Source of the DNA: Leptonemataceae bacterium
GTDB taxonomy: Bacteria; Spirochaetota; Leptospiria; Leptospirales; Leptonemataceae
DNA: 64,000 bases
Reading direction: 5' to 3'
NCBI GenBank assembly: GCA_965227295.1
Contig: OZ245742.1
Span: 224,001 to 288,000 of the forward strand
Both the position numbers and the translations under genes were made by a program. The notes beneath the pieces are model-generated. The model ran no database searches and was not told the DNA's origin. It saw nothing but the letters and a program-made list of their open reading frames with translations. This document shows, one piece after another, positions 20,678 to 31,324 of this stretch. Numbering within the stretch: position 1 is the stretch's first letter; every line of letters begins with the position of its first letter.

Positions 20678-21804
20678 GGCACTCGCATGCGTTCCTGGAT
20701 GGCCGGGCGCACCGTTTCCACAATCTCGTAGGCCTTCGGCGAGCCCCGCAAGCCCAGGTACGCACCGAAGACTGCATAGTAACCGTACTCGTGGTCGATC
20801 CAGGGATAATAACCGAACAGACCCGGACTGGAGTTCCGCACAACCCTGCCGTTCTCACGCTCCACCCAGTTGCCCAGGGCGTAGTGATACGCGTCCCGAC
20901 CCAGGCGGTCCGCCGGTGAATAGCCGATCGTATCGCCGCCTTCGACGTGGTCCCGCAACATCTCCCGCACAAGCCGCGCGCTCAAATAACGACGCCCGTC
21001 CCGGGCACGGCCCTCGTTGGCGACGGCATGCAGGAACTGCGCGTAATCGTGCATGGAAATGGAAAGGCCGCCGGCGATGCGTGCGTTCGTCGAGCTCTTA
21101 ACTCTGCTCGGCCATACCTTAGTGTAATAGACGCTCTCCGCTTCCACCGCAAAGAAATCGCGGAACTCCGTGTCGTACAGCTCGTGCCAGGATTTCCCGG
21201 AGGCCCGCTCCGCCATGCGGCCGCCCACGGTCATGTGCGTGCCGCCGTAATCGAAGACCGTCCCCACCGGATGGTCCAGGCCTTGCGCCTGGTATTGCGC
21301 GTAGATCTCCTGCACGCACTGACCGAGGCTCAGGTCCGTGTTGCCCTGACAGTCGGCGTCCCGAAAGAGGCCGGTCTGGAAGGACAGGGTATGGCGCAGG
21401 GTGATGTTTCCCGCCGGCCCGGCCCAGGCCTTTCCACTAATATCGTCTTTCAGAAACTTAGATGCCTTCGCATCGAGGCTGATCACACCGCGGTCCACCA
21501 AACGCAGCATCACCGCCGCCGAAATCCACTTGGACGCCGAGGCCACGGGAATGGCGTGGTTTTCGCTCAGATTACCCGGGAAATCGGCGAAGAGCAACGT
21601 GCCGTCGCTCCGAAAGACGAGCAGGCCGACGTCCTCAGAGTGTCTCTGCGCCGCCTCGCGAAAGATCGGCCGCAGGCTTTCCCAGCGCGCGTCGAAAGCC
21701 CGGCCTTCGCCGTACTCCGACGATACGGGCGGATAGTCCGGCGCGGTACTGCACGCCATGAAAGCCGCAACGAACAGCAATGAAAAACGATGGCAGGGAA
21801 TCAT
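20674..21804 (-). CDS. Beta-lactamase-family serine hydrolase, lipoprotein
   Basis: SxxK (SASK), ITLRHTLS..TGL, PVGTVFDYG, YALGNW; signal peptide ending MAC. Confidence 0.85.
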   Translation of the reverse strand: MIPCHRFSLLFVAAFMACSTAPDYPPVSSEYGEGRAFDARWESLRPIFREAAQRHSEDVGLLVFRSDGTLLFADFPGNLSENHAIPVASASKWISAAVMLRLVDRGVISLDAKASKFLKDDISGKAWAGPAGNITLRHTLSFQTGLFRDADCQGNTDLSLGQCVQEIYAQYQAQGLDHPVGTVFDYGGTHMTVGGRMAERASGKSWHELYDTEFRDFFAVEAESVYYTKVWPSRVKSSTNARIAGGLSISMHDYAQFLHAVANEGRARDGRRYLSARLVREMLRDHVEGGDTIGYSPADRLGRDAYHYALGNWVERENGRVVRNSSPGLFGYYPWIDHEYGYYAVFGAYLGLRGSPKAYEIVETVRPAIQERMRVP

Positions 21805-21827
21805 GTGCAGGAAATATCATCGTCCCG

Positions 21828-22316
21828 ATGAGACGGCAATCACTAATGCTCGCAATTTTGCTTGCCCTGCTATGCGGCTCCGGCTGCCATCCCACCGTGG
21901 AAGCGCAGCCGAAGGACGAATCCTGCCTGGAGCGCTGGAATGTCGAAGGGCATTCCGACAACAAAGAAAACATCGCGCAAAACGAACTCTTCGCGGAGCT
22001 GAATCGCGGCTCGGCGCTTCGAAACGCTCCCACGCAAAATCTCGGGCGGCTGAGCGCCCTGGGGCTGAAACACTTCGCGGAAACGCCGCGCACGCTCGTC
22101 GCTTATCTCATCGAGGCGCAGATCATCGAAACGTTTGCGCACATCGAATCGAAGCTGTGCCTCTTTGAAGAAAGCCGCGACGGTGACGTTTACACGGCCC
22201 GCGTCCGCGGAACGCACATCTACTTTACGAATCAACGCAACGAGGACCCGCTGGCCTTCGCGGTTCGCGTGAACCTGAAAGACGGCGGCATCCTCTTAGA
22301 ACACGAGGACGGCTAA
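21828..22316 (+). CDS. Hypothetical lipoprotein
   Basis: Signal peptide ending GSG-C; 162 aa. Confidence 0.6.
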   Translation: MRRQSLMLAILLALLCGSGCHPTVEAQPKDESCLERWNVEGHSDNKENIAQNELFAELNRGSALRNAPTQNLGRLSALGLKHFAETPRTLVAYLIEAQIIETFAHIESKLCLFEESRDGDVYTARVRGTHIYFTNQRNEDPLAFAVRVNLKDGGILLEHEDG

Positions 22317-23404
22317 GCCCGGTCGACACCGCCGAGACGATCCTGGCTTTGCCGCTGCATCATCCAGCCCGGGTACTCCATCGGCAGGGCGGAGACCTCG
22401 TCGAGTTGCTTGAGTTCTTCTTCGGTTAACGTAATCTCAGTCGATGCTAAGTTGTCTTCGAGTTGTTCCACGGTCTTCGCGCCGATGATAACGCTGGTGA
22501 CCCAGGGCTGATGCAGCAGCCAGGCCAACGCGATGCGCGCCACCGAACAGCCGCGGCTCTCCGCCATGGGGCGCATGACATCGACGCAGTCAAAGGCACG
22601 GTCTTTGTCCACCGGCGGGAAGTCGAAGTTCGCACGCCGCGCCCCATCGGGGCCGGAGCCTTCCCGGGAAAACTTGCCGGAGACCAGGCCGCCGGCCAGG
22701 GGCGACCACGGTAGAATGGCAAGGTCCTGATCCCGCGCGAGAGGCACCACTTCGCGTTCCAGGTCCCGGCCGGCAATGCTGTAGTACATCTGCAACGAAG
22801 CGTAGCGCGCGAAACCGAGGGCATCCGAAATCGAGAGGGCCTTCATAATCTGCCAGGCCGCAAGATTGCAGAGGCCGATGTAACGTACCTTACCGGACTT
22901 CACGATGTCGTTCAATGCTTCCAGGGTTTCTTCGAAGGGCGTCAGTGGATCGAAGCCGTGGATTTGGTACAGATCGATGTACTCCAGTTGCAGGCGCCGC
23001 AGGCTGTCGTCCACGGCATGCATGAGGTGCTTGCGTGAAAGTCCGTTGATGTTCGGCACGGATTCGCGACGATCGGCAGCGGCCTGCTCCGCGGCGGAAG
23101 GATTCGGCCCCGGACGATCCGACAGCCGACCGTGAGCCTTCGTGGCGATGACGATTTCATCCCGGCGCAACCCCAGGTTCTTAATGGAGGCACCGAGGAT
23201 CTCCTCGGACCATCCGGAAGAGTATACATCCGCGGTATCGATAAAATTTACGCCGCCGTCAATGCAACGTTGAATCAAAGCGTCGGCTTCCGCCTGGCTT
23301 TGTTTGCCGATGCCCTTCCAGAAGCCGGTGCCGCCAAAAGTCATTGTGCCGAAACAAATTTCCGAAACCACCAGGCCGGTGCGTCCGAGGGTCGTGTATT
23401 TCAT
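22313..23404 (-). CDS. Aldo/keto reductase
   Basis: LGRTGL.VSEICFGTM, FIDTADVY, IATK, IDLYQIH, PWSPLAGG. Confidence 0.95.
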   Translation of the reverse strand: MKYTTLGRTGLVVSEICFGTMTFGGTGFWKGIGKQSQAEADALIQRCIDGGVNFIDTADVYSSGWSEEILGASIKNLGLRRDEIVIATKAHGRLSDRPGPNPSAAEQAAADRRESVPNINGLSRKHLMHAVDDSLRRLQLEYIDLYQIHGFDPLTPFEETLEALNDIVKSGKVRYIGLCNLAAWQIMKALSISDALGFARYASLQMYYSIAGRDLEREVVPLARDQDLAILPWSPLAGGLVSGKFSREGSGPDGARRANFDFPPVDKDRAFDCVDVMRPMAESRGCSVARIALAWLLHQPWVTSVIIGAKTVEQLEDNLASTEITLTEEELKQLDEVSALPMEYPGWMMQRQSQDRLGGVDRA

Positions 23405-23548
23405 AGAAACAGTTGACGGAAGTCTTCCCGGAGCTTCAATCAATTTATGAAAACCCGCATCTTCTTCCTCTCAATTTTGGCGACGCTGCTCCTGTTCTGT
23501 GTTTCGTGCGGCTCGCCTGCCCGCAGTAACGCTTGCGGATGATCTTCC

Positions 23549-25012
23549 GTGCCGCGCTTCATCTCCGGAATCCTTCACGCATACCGGCACGCGCCGTTCC
23601 TGGACTACCAGCGAGCCGCCTTTCAGCTCGCTCTGTTCAGTATCACCGCGCTGGCCCTGGGCATGCTCTCTGTTCAGGTCGCCTGGTTCAGCCCCCGCTC
23701 CGATCCGGGCTTCGGCGCGGTGTTGGTGGGACTCCTGGTGTTGATGATCGGCCTGATGGAGTTGCTCCGTCGCGGTCACGCACGCTTCACGGCCCACGCT
23801 TATCTGTTTTTGATCTTCTCGATCATTACCATCGATACCGTCGTTCGCCCCGGAGTCCTGCACGTACGCATGGACAACACGGCGCTGTTCATCATGACCC
23901 TCACCTGCGTTTCCATGCTCACGAGCGCCCGGGGCACGCTCATCTACGCCGGCATGATCCTCGCCGTTTTTCTAGGCTTCGTCACCATGACCCCGGGCAT
24001 GGAACAGTTCCCCCGGCTGATCTTTATCAGCTACGTTACGGATTCCCTGGTCGGTATCATCGCCACCACGGTGATCTCCCTCGTTTTTCTGGATATGACC
24101 GGCCGGGCGCGCCAGATCGCGGAAACCCTTAACACGGTACTCACCAAAGAAGTGGAGATCCGCCGCGCGGAACTGAAAGGCACCCGGGAAGAAGTGGAAC
24201 GGGCCAACGATTCCTTAATTGACGCGAACAAAAACTTAAGCGAAAGCCGGGAACGCATTCTCGGCGAGGTCCGCCTGGCGGCCCGCCTGCAACGCCATGC
24301 CCAGCCGGCGGAACCGCCGCCACTGTCCGGTTGGGATCTCAGCTTCGCCTTCGAACCGCTCGGCGAAATCTCCGGTGATTTCTTCGACGTCTACGAAAGC
24401 GAAGGCCGCCTGGAAGGCATCGGTCTCTTCGACGTCAGCGGGCACGGGGTCAGTTCCGGCCTGATCACCGTTCTCGCGCGACAGGCGGCGGCCCATCACT
24501 TTCGCCGCGGCCGGCGGGCAAATCTCAATCTCGTCGCCCAGGCCCTGAACGCCGAACTCATTCGCGGCATGGACCGCACGAACTATTATCTTACAGGCAT
24601 CCTGCTCCGCGTGAACGAAGATGCGCTGGAATTCGTGAACGCCGGCCATCCGGACCTGTTGCTGCGACGGGCCTCCGGCGCAGTGGAAGTATTGGACGTC
24701 CCCGAGGAGGAACGCGGCTTCATGCTCGGCATGCGCATGCTGCGTTGCGCCTATCCCGTACGGCGTTTTCGCATGGAGCCGGGCGATTCGCTGCTGTTGT
24801 ATACGGACGCGCTGACGGAGAGCGCGAGCGTTCTGCCCTCGGGCGCAGCCGAACTCTACGACGCCCGGCGCCTGAAGGCGGCCTTGGCCGCGGCACCGCG
24901 GGACGTCGGAGCCGAGGCTGAGCTGGAGTACATTCTAAACGATCAACGCGAGTTTCTCGGCCATCGCAAGTACGAGGACGATCTCACCGCCGTGATCATT
25001 AAGAAGACGTAA
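23549..25012 (+). CDS. Membrane PP2C/SpoIIE-family protein phosphatase
   Basis: TM region, coiled coil, SGDFFD, DVSGHG, NAGHP, YTDAL.E, EDDLT. Confidence 0.9.
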   Translation: MPRFISGILHAYRHAPFLDYQRAAFQLALFSITALALGMLSVQVAWFSPRSDPGFGAVLVGLLVLMIGLMELLRRGHARFTAHAYLFLIFSIITIDTVVRPGVLHVRMDNTALFIMTLTCVSMLTSARGTLIYAGMILAVFLGFVTMTPGMEQFPRLIFISYVTDSLVGIIATTVISLVFLDMTGRARQIAETLNTVLTKEVEIRRAELKGTREEVERANDSLIDANKNLSESRERILGEVRLAARLQRHAQPAEPPPLSGWDLSFAFEPLGEISGDFFDVYESEGRLEGIGLFDVSGHGVSSGLITVLARQAAAHHFRRGRRANLNLVAQALNAELIRGMDRTNYYLTGILLRVNEDALEFVNAGHPDLLLRRASGAVEVLDVPEEERGFMLGMRMLRCAYPVRRFRMEPGDSLLLYTDALTESASVLPSGAAELYDARRLKAALAAAPRDVGAEAELEYILNDQREFLGHRKYEDDLTAVIIKKT

Positions 25013-25014
25013 GC

Positions 25015-26451
25015 ATGCTGCTCCTGATTCTCGACACGCTCGGTTACCTGGCACGCCGTTCACATCGCGCCCTGCTGCGTTCGTACCAGGACGCCGGCTT
25101 CGCCCGGCGTTATCGCGCGAACTTCCAGATGGTAACTTTCGCCATTACCATCTTTGCGCTGAGTACCGTGATTCTCGAGGATCGCATTGTGGGCGGCTTC
25201 TGGCGCTGGAGCGTCGTCGCCCTGCAAATTCCCGGTCTGGCCCTGACCATTCTGCTCGCCCTTCTGCTGCACCGCGGTTACGCACGATACACCGGCCACG
25301 CCTATCTGTTCATGATCGCCGGCGTCATCTGGGGCGACATGCTCTTTCGTCCGGCGGAGCGCCTGGAATCGCACATGGATAACGCCTACCTGGCCATCGC
25401 CGTGCAGTTTACGATCCCGATGTTCTGCGGGCGGGCCGGCATCGTTTTCCACAACAGCGTAACGTTGATTTTGTTTTTGATTTTCCTGAACGTGCGTACC
25501 GAGTTCGACGCCCTCCCGCCGGGAGTGCACCTCAGCTACGCCTTCAACACCGGCGTCAGTATGGTGATGGTCGCTTTTCTTTCGATCATGTTTGTTCGCA
25601 CCATCGAACGTTCCCGGGAAGTGACGGAGGAGTCGAATCGCATTCTCGAAGAACAGGTGCAGATGCAGACCGAACAATTGCGCGTGGCCCTGGAAGAAGT
25701 CCGCCAGACCAACGAATACTTGAGCGAGATCAACCGGGAACTGGAGGCGAACCGCCGGGAGATGCAGGACGAACTGCACATCGCCGCCCGCGTGCAACAA
25801 CAGGTGCTGCCCTCCGCGGCTCCGACGAAGCTGAACGGATGGGAGGCGGCCATCAGCACGGCGTCGCCCGGCGCGGCGGCCGAAGGTGATTTGCGCATCA
25901 GCGGAACGGCGCTGGACTTCTTTACCCGCCGCGAAGAACTCGAGGGCGTCTATCTCTTCGATTCGGGAATGGATACCGTGAGTTCGGGCATTGCCACGCT
26001 CCTGATCCGTGCGGCCATGTTTCGCGGCCATCGCAATCACCGCCACGAACATCCGCGCCGGGTCCTGGAAGAGACCTACGAAGAGATCCGCGGCGACCTA
26101 ACTTTTAGTGAAGGTACCTTTACGGGTAACTTTGTTCGTTTCAGCAGCGGCCGCATGCGCCACGCGGGCAGTGGCGACGGCGGCCTGCTCGTACGTCGCA
26201 GCACGGGCACGCTCGAAGCGCCGGACGAGCACGAGCACGCATTGCTCGATTCCGGCGACGTCCTGCTGTTGTATTCCCCGGCGCAGTTCCCCGGAGCAGC
26301 CCTGGCCTCACCGCCGGCTCAGGCCCTGGGGCGATTGTCTCCAAACACCCCGGTGCCGGAACTCCTGGCCGCCCTGGTCGCCGATCCCGGGATCGCGCGA
26401 AAAAGTCATCGCAATCGAGAGCCGCTGCTGATCATCCTTCGAAAGACGTGA
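25015..26451 (+). CDS. Degenerate SpoIIE-like paralog (probable pseudophosphatase)
   Basis: Same TM plus coiled-coil layout (ELHIAARVQQQVLP), but the metal-binding motifs are replaced (SGTALD, DSGMDT, YSPAQ, REPLL). Confidence 0.7.
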   Translation: MLLLILDTLGYLARRSHRALLRSYQDAGFARRYRANFQMVTFAITIFALSTVILEDRIVGGFWRWSVVALQIPGLALTILLALLLHRGYARYTGHAYLFMIAGVIWGDMLFRPAERLESHMDNAYLAIAVQFTIPMFCGRAGIVFHNSVTLILFLIFLNVRTEFDALPPGVHLSYAFNTGVSMVMVAFLSIMFVRTIERSREVTEESNRILEEQVQMQTEQLRVALEEVRQTNEYLSEINRELEANRREMQDELHIAARVQQQVLPSAAPTKLNGWEAAISTASPGAAAEGDLRISGTALDFFTRREELEGVYLFDSGMDTVSSGIATLLIRAAMFRGHRNHRHEHPRRVLEETYEEIRGDLTFSEGTFTGNFVRFSSGRMRHAGSGDGGLLVRRSTGTLEAPDEHEHALLDSGDVLLLYSPAQFPGAALASPPAQALGRLSPNTPVPELLAALVADPGIARKSHRNREPLLIILRKT

Positions 26452-27227
26452 GGTATTCGCTCCAAACAAGCCTGCTATTTTCGGCGCTGCTCCTCTGCTG
26501 CACTCCGCAAGCACGGCCGCCCGGGCTGATTGTCTACGCCGCGGCCAGTTTGAGTGACGCCCTGCCCGTCGCGGCCGCAGCGTATCCCGAACGCGACGGG
26601 GCGAAGATCGTTTTTAACTTCGCGGCTTCAGGTACATTGGCCCGCCAGATTCTCGCCGCCGGCCGCGACGGCGTATTCATCAGCGCGGACGCGCACTGGC
26701 TGGACGCGGTGGAGAAATCCGGCGGACTGGAGGACGATTCACGCACCGTGGTCTTGCGCAATCGATTGGTGTTGGTGGTACGCGACGGTACACCCTTCCT
26801 GGATGCCGGAGAACTGTGCCGGCGCGAACGATTCCCCTTTACGAAGATTGCGATCGGCGATCCGGAGTACGTGCCCGCGGGACGCCACGCACGGCGCTGG
26901 CTCGAAAGCATCCGTTGCTCCGGCAATGATGTGTCCCTGTGGCAACGCTGGACTGAAGAGCAACGCCTGTACCCGGCCGCCGACGTACGCGCGGCCCTGG
27001 CCTTTGCGCGGGCCCGGAGCCGCGGGGCCGCAGTCGTCTATCGGACGGACTACCTGAGCGCCCGGGATGAACTCACGCTCCTGCATACCGTGCCCGCGGG
27101 TATTGTCGATGTGACCTACGAGGCCGCCGTCTTGCGCGACTCCCCGCCGACGGCCCGAAGGTTCCTGGTTTTTCTGAGGAGCCCGGCGGCACAGCAGGTG
27201 TTCGCTGCGGCGGGCTTCGGCCCTTAG
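26448..27227 (+). CDS. modA: Molybdate ABC transporter substrate-binding protein
   Basis: VYAAASL.DA, FNFAASG.LARQI, FISAD, IAIGDP..VPAG, VYRTD. Confidence 0.9.
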   Translation: MRYSLQTSLLFSALLLCCTPQARPPGLIVYAAASLSDALPVAAAAYPERDGAKIVFNFAASGTLARQILAAGRDGVFISADAHWLDAVEKSGGLEDDSRTVVLRNRLVLVVRDGTPFLDAGELCRRERFPFTKIAIGDPEYVPAGRHARRWLESIRCSGNDVSLWQRWTEEQRLYPAADVRAALAFARARSRGAAVVYRTDYLSARDELTLLHTVPAGIVDVTYEAAVLRDSPPTARRFLVFLRSPAAQQVFAAAGFGP

Positions 27228-27259
27228 TTTACTTTGTAAGATTTTACTGAGATGATATT

Positions 27260-27934
27260 ATGAGTACCCTCATCCTCAGCATCGTATGGGATACCCTCTG
27301 GCGGGCCTTGCTCGCGGTCGTGCTGGTGTCCGCGGTCGGCACTCCCATCGCCTACATTCTGGCGCGCTTCGATTTTCCCGGCAAGACCGCGCTCACCGCG
27401 CTCATCAGCCTGCCGTTGGTACTGCCGCCCACGGCAGTAGGTTATCTCCTGCTGCGCCTGCTCGCCGACGACGGATTGCTGGGACGCGACAGTCTGGGTT
27501 TTGATCCGGGCATCCTCTTTACCTGGAAGGCCGTGGTCCTGGCCGGCAGCATCATGTCGTTTCCGCTTTTCGTACGCACCGCCCGCGTCGGCTTCGAGGA
27601 CGTGCCGCCGCGCCTGGAAGCGATGGCCCGCAGCCTCGGTTACGGTTTTGTACAAACTTTCAGGGAAATCACATTACCACTCGCCGCCCGCGGCCTCACG
27701 GCGGCGACGGTGCTCGCGTTCACCCGCGCGGTGGGCGAGTTCGGCGCAACGATCATCATCGCCGGCAACATCCCCGGCGAAACCCGCGGCCTGGCCTCGG
27801 CCATCTACAGCGCCGAACAGGCGGGGCGGGAAGATCAGGGCGCACTGTTGCTGCTCGCGGCGCTGCTGCTTGGTTTCGCGGCGGTCTTCGTAACGGAGTG
27901 GTTGTCCCCCGCGCGACGGAGCAACACAACGTGA
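27260..27934 (+). CDS. modB: Molybdate ABC transporter permease
   Basis: [31 protein letters not shown]. Confidence 0.93.
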   Translation: MSTLILSIVWDTLWRALLAVVLVSAVGTPIAYILARFDFPGKTALTALISLPLVLPPTAVGYLLLRLLADDGLLGRDSLGFDPGILFTWKAVVLAGSIMSFPLFVRTARVGFEDVPPRLEAMARSLGYGFVQTFREITLPLAARGLTAATVLAFTRAVGEFGATIIIAGNIPGETRGLASAIYSAEQAGREDQGALLLLAALLLGFAAVFVTEWLSPARRSNTT

Positions 27935-28584
27935 CGCTTGCCATCCTGGAGATGCATCTGCGCATTGCGCTGGATCGTTTTACGCTGGAAGTGCGGCACG
28001 ACGTTCGTCGACGTACTACGGGCATCTACGGACCGTCCGGTTCCGGCAAGACGACCTGGCTCGAAGCCCTGGCCGGTTTGCGGCGCATCGACGACGGCCT
28101 GGTCCGTTTTCAGGGCACGACCTGGTACGAAGCCGCCGCGCGCATTCACGTACCTCCGGAAAAACGCCGTATCGGCTACGTGCCCCAGGACGATCTGCTC
28201 TTTCCGCACTACGACGTGCGGCGCAATCTCAGCATGGCAACGCATCGCGCCCGTTCAGGGTCCGAAGAACTTCTGAAGGAAACGGTTGCGGCCCTGGAGA
28301 TCGACGCGCTGTTGGATCGTCGCGTACAGGAACTTTCGGGCGGCGAACGGCGGCGCGTGGCCCTGGCGCGTGCGCTCTGCTCGGATCCGCAACTCCTGTT
28401 GCTGGACGAACCGTTCGCCTTCCTGGACCAGGCGTTGCGCCGACGCATCCTTACGTACTTGCTGCAGGTACGTGAACGCTTTGCCGGGCCGATCATCATC
28501 GTCTCGCACCAGGCCGACGAACTCCAGGAACTCTGTGACGAACTCGTGCACCTCGCACACGGCCGGATCGTGGAGAAGTTATAG
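27931..28584 (+). CDS. modC: Molybdate ABC transporter ATP-binding protein (short, no TOBE domain)
   Basis: [40 protein letters not shown] overlap with modB. Confidence 0.9.
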   Translation: MTLAILEMHLRIALDRFTLEVRHDVRRRTTGIYGPSGSGKTTWLEALAGLRRIDDGLVRFQGTTWYEAAARIHVPPEKRRIGYVPQDDLLFPHYDVRRNLSMATHRARSGSEELLKETVAALEIDALLDRRVQELSGGERRRVALARALCSDPQLLLLDEPFAFLDQALRRRILTYLLQVRERFAGPIIIVSHQADELQELCDELVHLAHGRIVEKL

Positions 28585-28662
28585 TTCCGTAACCACGGCC
28601 GGCCAGGCCCCGCGCCGGTCAGCAAGATGAGATGATTCGCCGGACGCAAGATCGGCGGGCCC

Positions 28663-28950
28663 TTACTTCACCAGATCCTGGTACTCCGGATGACGCTTGA
28701 GATACACGGGAACATACGGGCACGTGGGCACGATCTTCATTTCATTTTCCCGCGCAAACTCGAGGGCTCCTTTCACGACCTTCGCGGCCAGGCCGCCGCC
28801 GCGTTCTTCCGACGGCGTAAACGTGGAGACAAGATCCAGGGTTTTTTCGTCCGGCTTACGATACTGCACGTAAGCCGGCCCGTGGTCGGTATCCAGGCTG
28901 AAACGCTGTTTATCCTCATCGTGGACGACTTCGGTACCGGTGATGCTCAT
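28663..28950 (-). CDS. Small GNAT-family acetyltransferase (YjdJ-like)
   Basis: RGGGLAAKVV and IVPTCPYV motifs; 95 aa. Confidence 0.85.
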   Translation of the reverse strand: MSITGTEVVHDEDKQRFSLDTDHGPAYVQYRKPDEKTLDLVSTFTPSEERGGGLAAKVVKGALEFARENEMKIVPTCPYVPVYLKRHPEYQDLVK

Positions 28951-28997
28951 GGGTTATAAGATAACGGAGTCCTTCGGTCGCGCACAGGAAAGATATC

Positions 28998-29798
28998 TCA
29001 CAACTTTTCTGAAAACACCAGCTCGTAGTCCTTCTTACCGCGCAGGTGAACGCCCAACCACTGTCGTCCGTCTTTGACGATGAACGTCTTGGACTTCACC
29101 CAATCACCGGTATTCACGATGCGCACCTCTTCCATGCACAGAAAATCATGGGTGTGGCCGGAAACCAGGACGCGGTGTCCCTGCTTCGAAAGGCGTGAGA
29201 GACGTTCGTAATGGCGCAGCTTCTCGTCCGGCGTGGCCGGATCCATGCGGTTCAGGTGTTCATCGTAGAACGCTTCCATTACGTGAAAGAAGCGCGGAAT
29301 GAACAGCGCGAGAATGTGCAGGATGCGCAGTCCCAGGATGTTCAACATCCAGGTGATTTTATTGTACTGGCCCTGATGACCGTGGAGTACCACGAGTTCG
29401 TCGTCCTCGTAGACCTCACAAACATCGTAGCGGCGCTTCTTTAAGTATCGTTCCAGCTCGAAGTCCAGGGCCATGGTGAACGAGGTGGTGTCGTGATTGC
29501 CGACGATGTACACCTTCTCCGCTCCCTTCGCGGCGATCTTATCCAGGCGATCGAAGAGTTTGTTGAAACGCTTGCGAACCTTTTTGTCCCGGCGAATGCG
29601 TACGCTGGCGTCGAAGAACCAGTTTTCGATGATATCACCGACCAGGAAGATCTTACGAAAACGAATCCCGCGCTTGCGCAGGTGATAGAGCATGCCGATG
29701 AGTTCGCGATGAAAATGATTCTTAACCTTCTTGTTCAGAAGATAGTGGATATCCGAGAGGAATAAGGCGTCGTAGGTCTTGTTCTTCGGAAACTTCAC
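28998..29798 (-). CDS. Calcineurin-like metallophosphoesterase (LpxH-like)
   Basis: SDIH, VGDI, GNHD, LHGH, SGHTH, NTGDW; GTG start overlapping the upstream stop. Confidence 0.85.
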   Translation of the reverse strand: MKFPKNKTYDALFLSDIHYLLNKKVKNHFHRELIGMLYHLRKRGIRFRKIFLVGDIIENWFFDASVRIRRDKKVRKRFNKLFDRLDKIAAKGAEKVYIVGNHDTTSFTMALDFELERYLKKRRYDVCEVYEDDELVVLHGHQGQYNKITWMLNILGLRILHILALFIPRFFHVMEAFYDEHLNRMDPATPDEKLRHYERLSRLSKQGHRVLVSGHTHDFLCMEEVRIVNTGDWVKSKTFIVKDGRQWLGVHLRGKKDYELVFSEKL

Positions 29799-30994
29799 GA
29801 GGATGCGCTTTCGGCGAGGATGCGGCGTCCGCGTTCCAGAACGGCGAGTTTGCTGAGCAGACCGTCGCGATCGGCGTAGCAGCCCTGTACGTGGCGGCGA
29901 CAGCCGTTCGAACACGCGGTGCGGCCGTGCAGCACGCGGCGGTTGTCGACAATGTAGAGCGTGCCGGGCCGCATGGGAAACTGAATGTGATAGTGCGGAT
30001 CTTCCAGCATGGCCGCGAAGGTTCGGTACGCTTCATAGAACGGTATCATGAGATCGTCCGGCACGTCAAACGGTTCGGTGGATCGATGGTTAAAACACAC
30101 GCCCTGCACGTTTCCGGAACGCGGATCCAGTTCGATGAGCGGGCGCGACGCCGAAAGCACGGTGTCCCGGTCGGCGAAGGTGAAGCGCACCGGCAGAGTC
30201 GCGAGCAGACTGAACAGTTCCGGCGCGCGGCGACGCAGGTCCCCGGCCACACGAAAGCCGTCGGTCAGCGTCGTCCGACCACCCTCCGCATCGTCGGCGG
30301 CGTTTTCGATGCAGTGCATGAGTTGTAACGACGGCACCGGGTCCCGGTAGGGATTGTCCGTGTGCGGGCGTAGCCAGAGATTCGTGAAGGCCAGGTTGTT
30401 CGGCTCTTCCAGGACGTGCTCATCAAAAATGCGGCCGTAGTTGGTCTGGCGGACGTAGCCGAAGCGCGCAACAATCTTCAGGACAAAACCCGGCGTTACC
30501 GGTACATCTTCCAGCACGGCAAAGCCGTACGCGCGCACGGCGGCCAGCCAGCCCTGCAGGGCCTCGTCGTTGTGCATGAACTCACCGTAGTTCAGCGCCG
30601 GCAGGCCGTCGGCCCAATCTTCCGCGGTCCAGGTACGTAGCGCTGCTGACGGCGACTCCGTTTCGGTGTGCCGTTTTTTTGCCCGGACGTGCTCCCGCAA
30701 CCAGTCCGCCCGAAAACGACTTACGTGGTGATCGAAAGACCAGCGCACGGAAACGGTGCCGTCCTCTTCGAGACGGACGTCCGCCGGGGCGACGTCGAGC
30801 GGGAAGTCCGTGACCGCGCTGATGCGCTGGCCGTTGCCGGGATGCCGGAGCGCCGGACAATTGTCCCGCAGCCACACGTAATGGAATTCGCCGACCTTTC
30901 CGTCCGCCCAGGTGACCTGGAGCGTGCGCGGGCCGGGGGCGACATCGCGAATGGGCGAGGCCGCAACGGATTGGGCTGTGACGGAAGGTTCCAT
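29795..30994 (-). CDS. Gamma-butyrobetaine-hydroxylase-like TauD/TfdA dioxygenase
   Basis: N-terminal WLRDNC domain; HTDNPY, DGF, DNRRVLHGR, GCYAD. Confidence 0.9.
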   Translation of the reverse strand: MEPSVTAQSVAASPIRDVAPGPRTLQVTWADGKVGEFHYVWLRDNCPALRHPGNGQRISAVTDFPLDVAPADVRLEEDGTVSVRWSFDHHVSRFRADWLREHVRAKKRHTETESPSAALRTWTAEDWADGLPALNYGEFMHNDEALQGWLAAVRAYGFAVLEDVPVTPGFVLKIVARFGYVRQTNYGRIFDEHVLEEPNNLAFTNLWLRPHTDNPYRDPVPSLQLMHCIENAADDAEGGRTTLTDGFRVAGDLRRRAPELFSLLATLPVRFTFADRDTVLSASRPLIELDPRSGNVQGVCFNHRSTEPFDVPDDLMIPFYEAYRTFAAMLEDPHYHIQFPMRPGTLYIVDNRRVLHGRTACSNGCRRHVQGCYADRDGLLSKLAVLERGRRILAESASS

Positions 30995-31131
30995 GGGCCG
31001 GGGGAAGCTCGACGTTATGTCGCATTTTTGCGAGAGTCGTCAACTGGTTTTCGGGGGATCGGAGCGAGTCGGAAGAAAAGACGACACATAATGTCTAACC
31101 ACCGGGCACACCGGGGGAGAAATCATTGAAA

Positions 31132-31264
31132 GGGGGAGCTTCGCTCCCCCTGGCTACGACCCGCGTCGCTGCGCGAACGCACTGCGAATCGCGCTACGCG
31201 CGACCGGGCCACCCTCCGGGCAGCCCTTTCGCAGTGCTCGCGGTTCTCCGCCACCCCCTCGGTG
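31132..31264. repeat. Structured ~130-bp intergenic repeat (family B), copy 1
   Basis: GGGGGAGC..CGCTCCCCCTGGCT.CGACC.GCGTCGCT.CGCGAACGC ... GCTCGCGGTTCTCCGCCACCCCCTCGGTG, shared with 47101-47229. Confidence 0.8.
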
Positions 31265-31324
31265 CCGACACCCTCTCCGCGTCCTCAGCATCCCGGCGGT
31301 GAAGAGTCTTCCGAGCCGCGCAGG

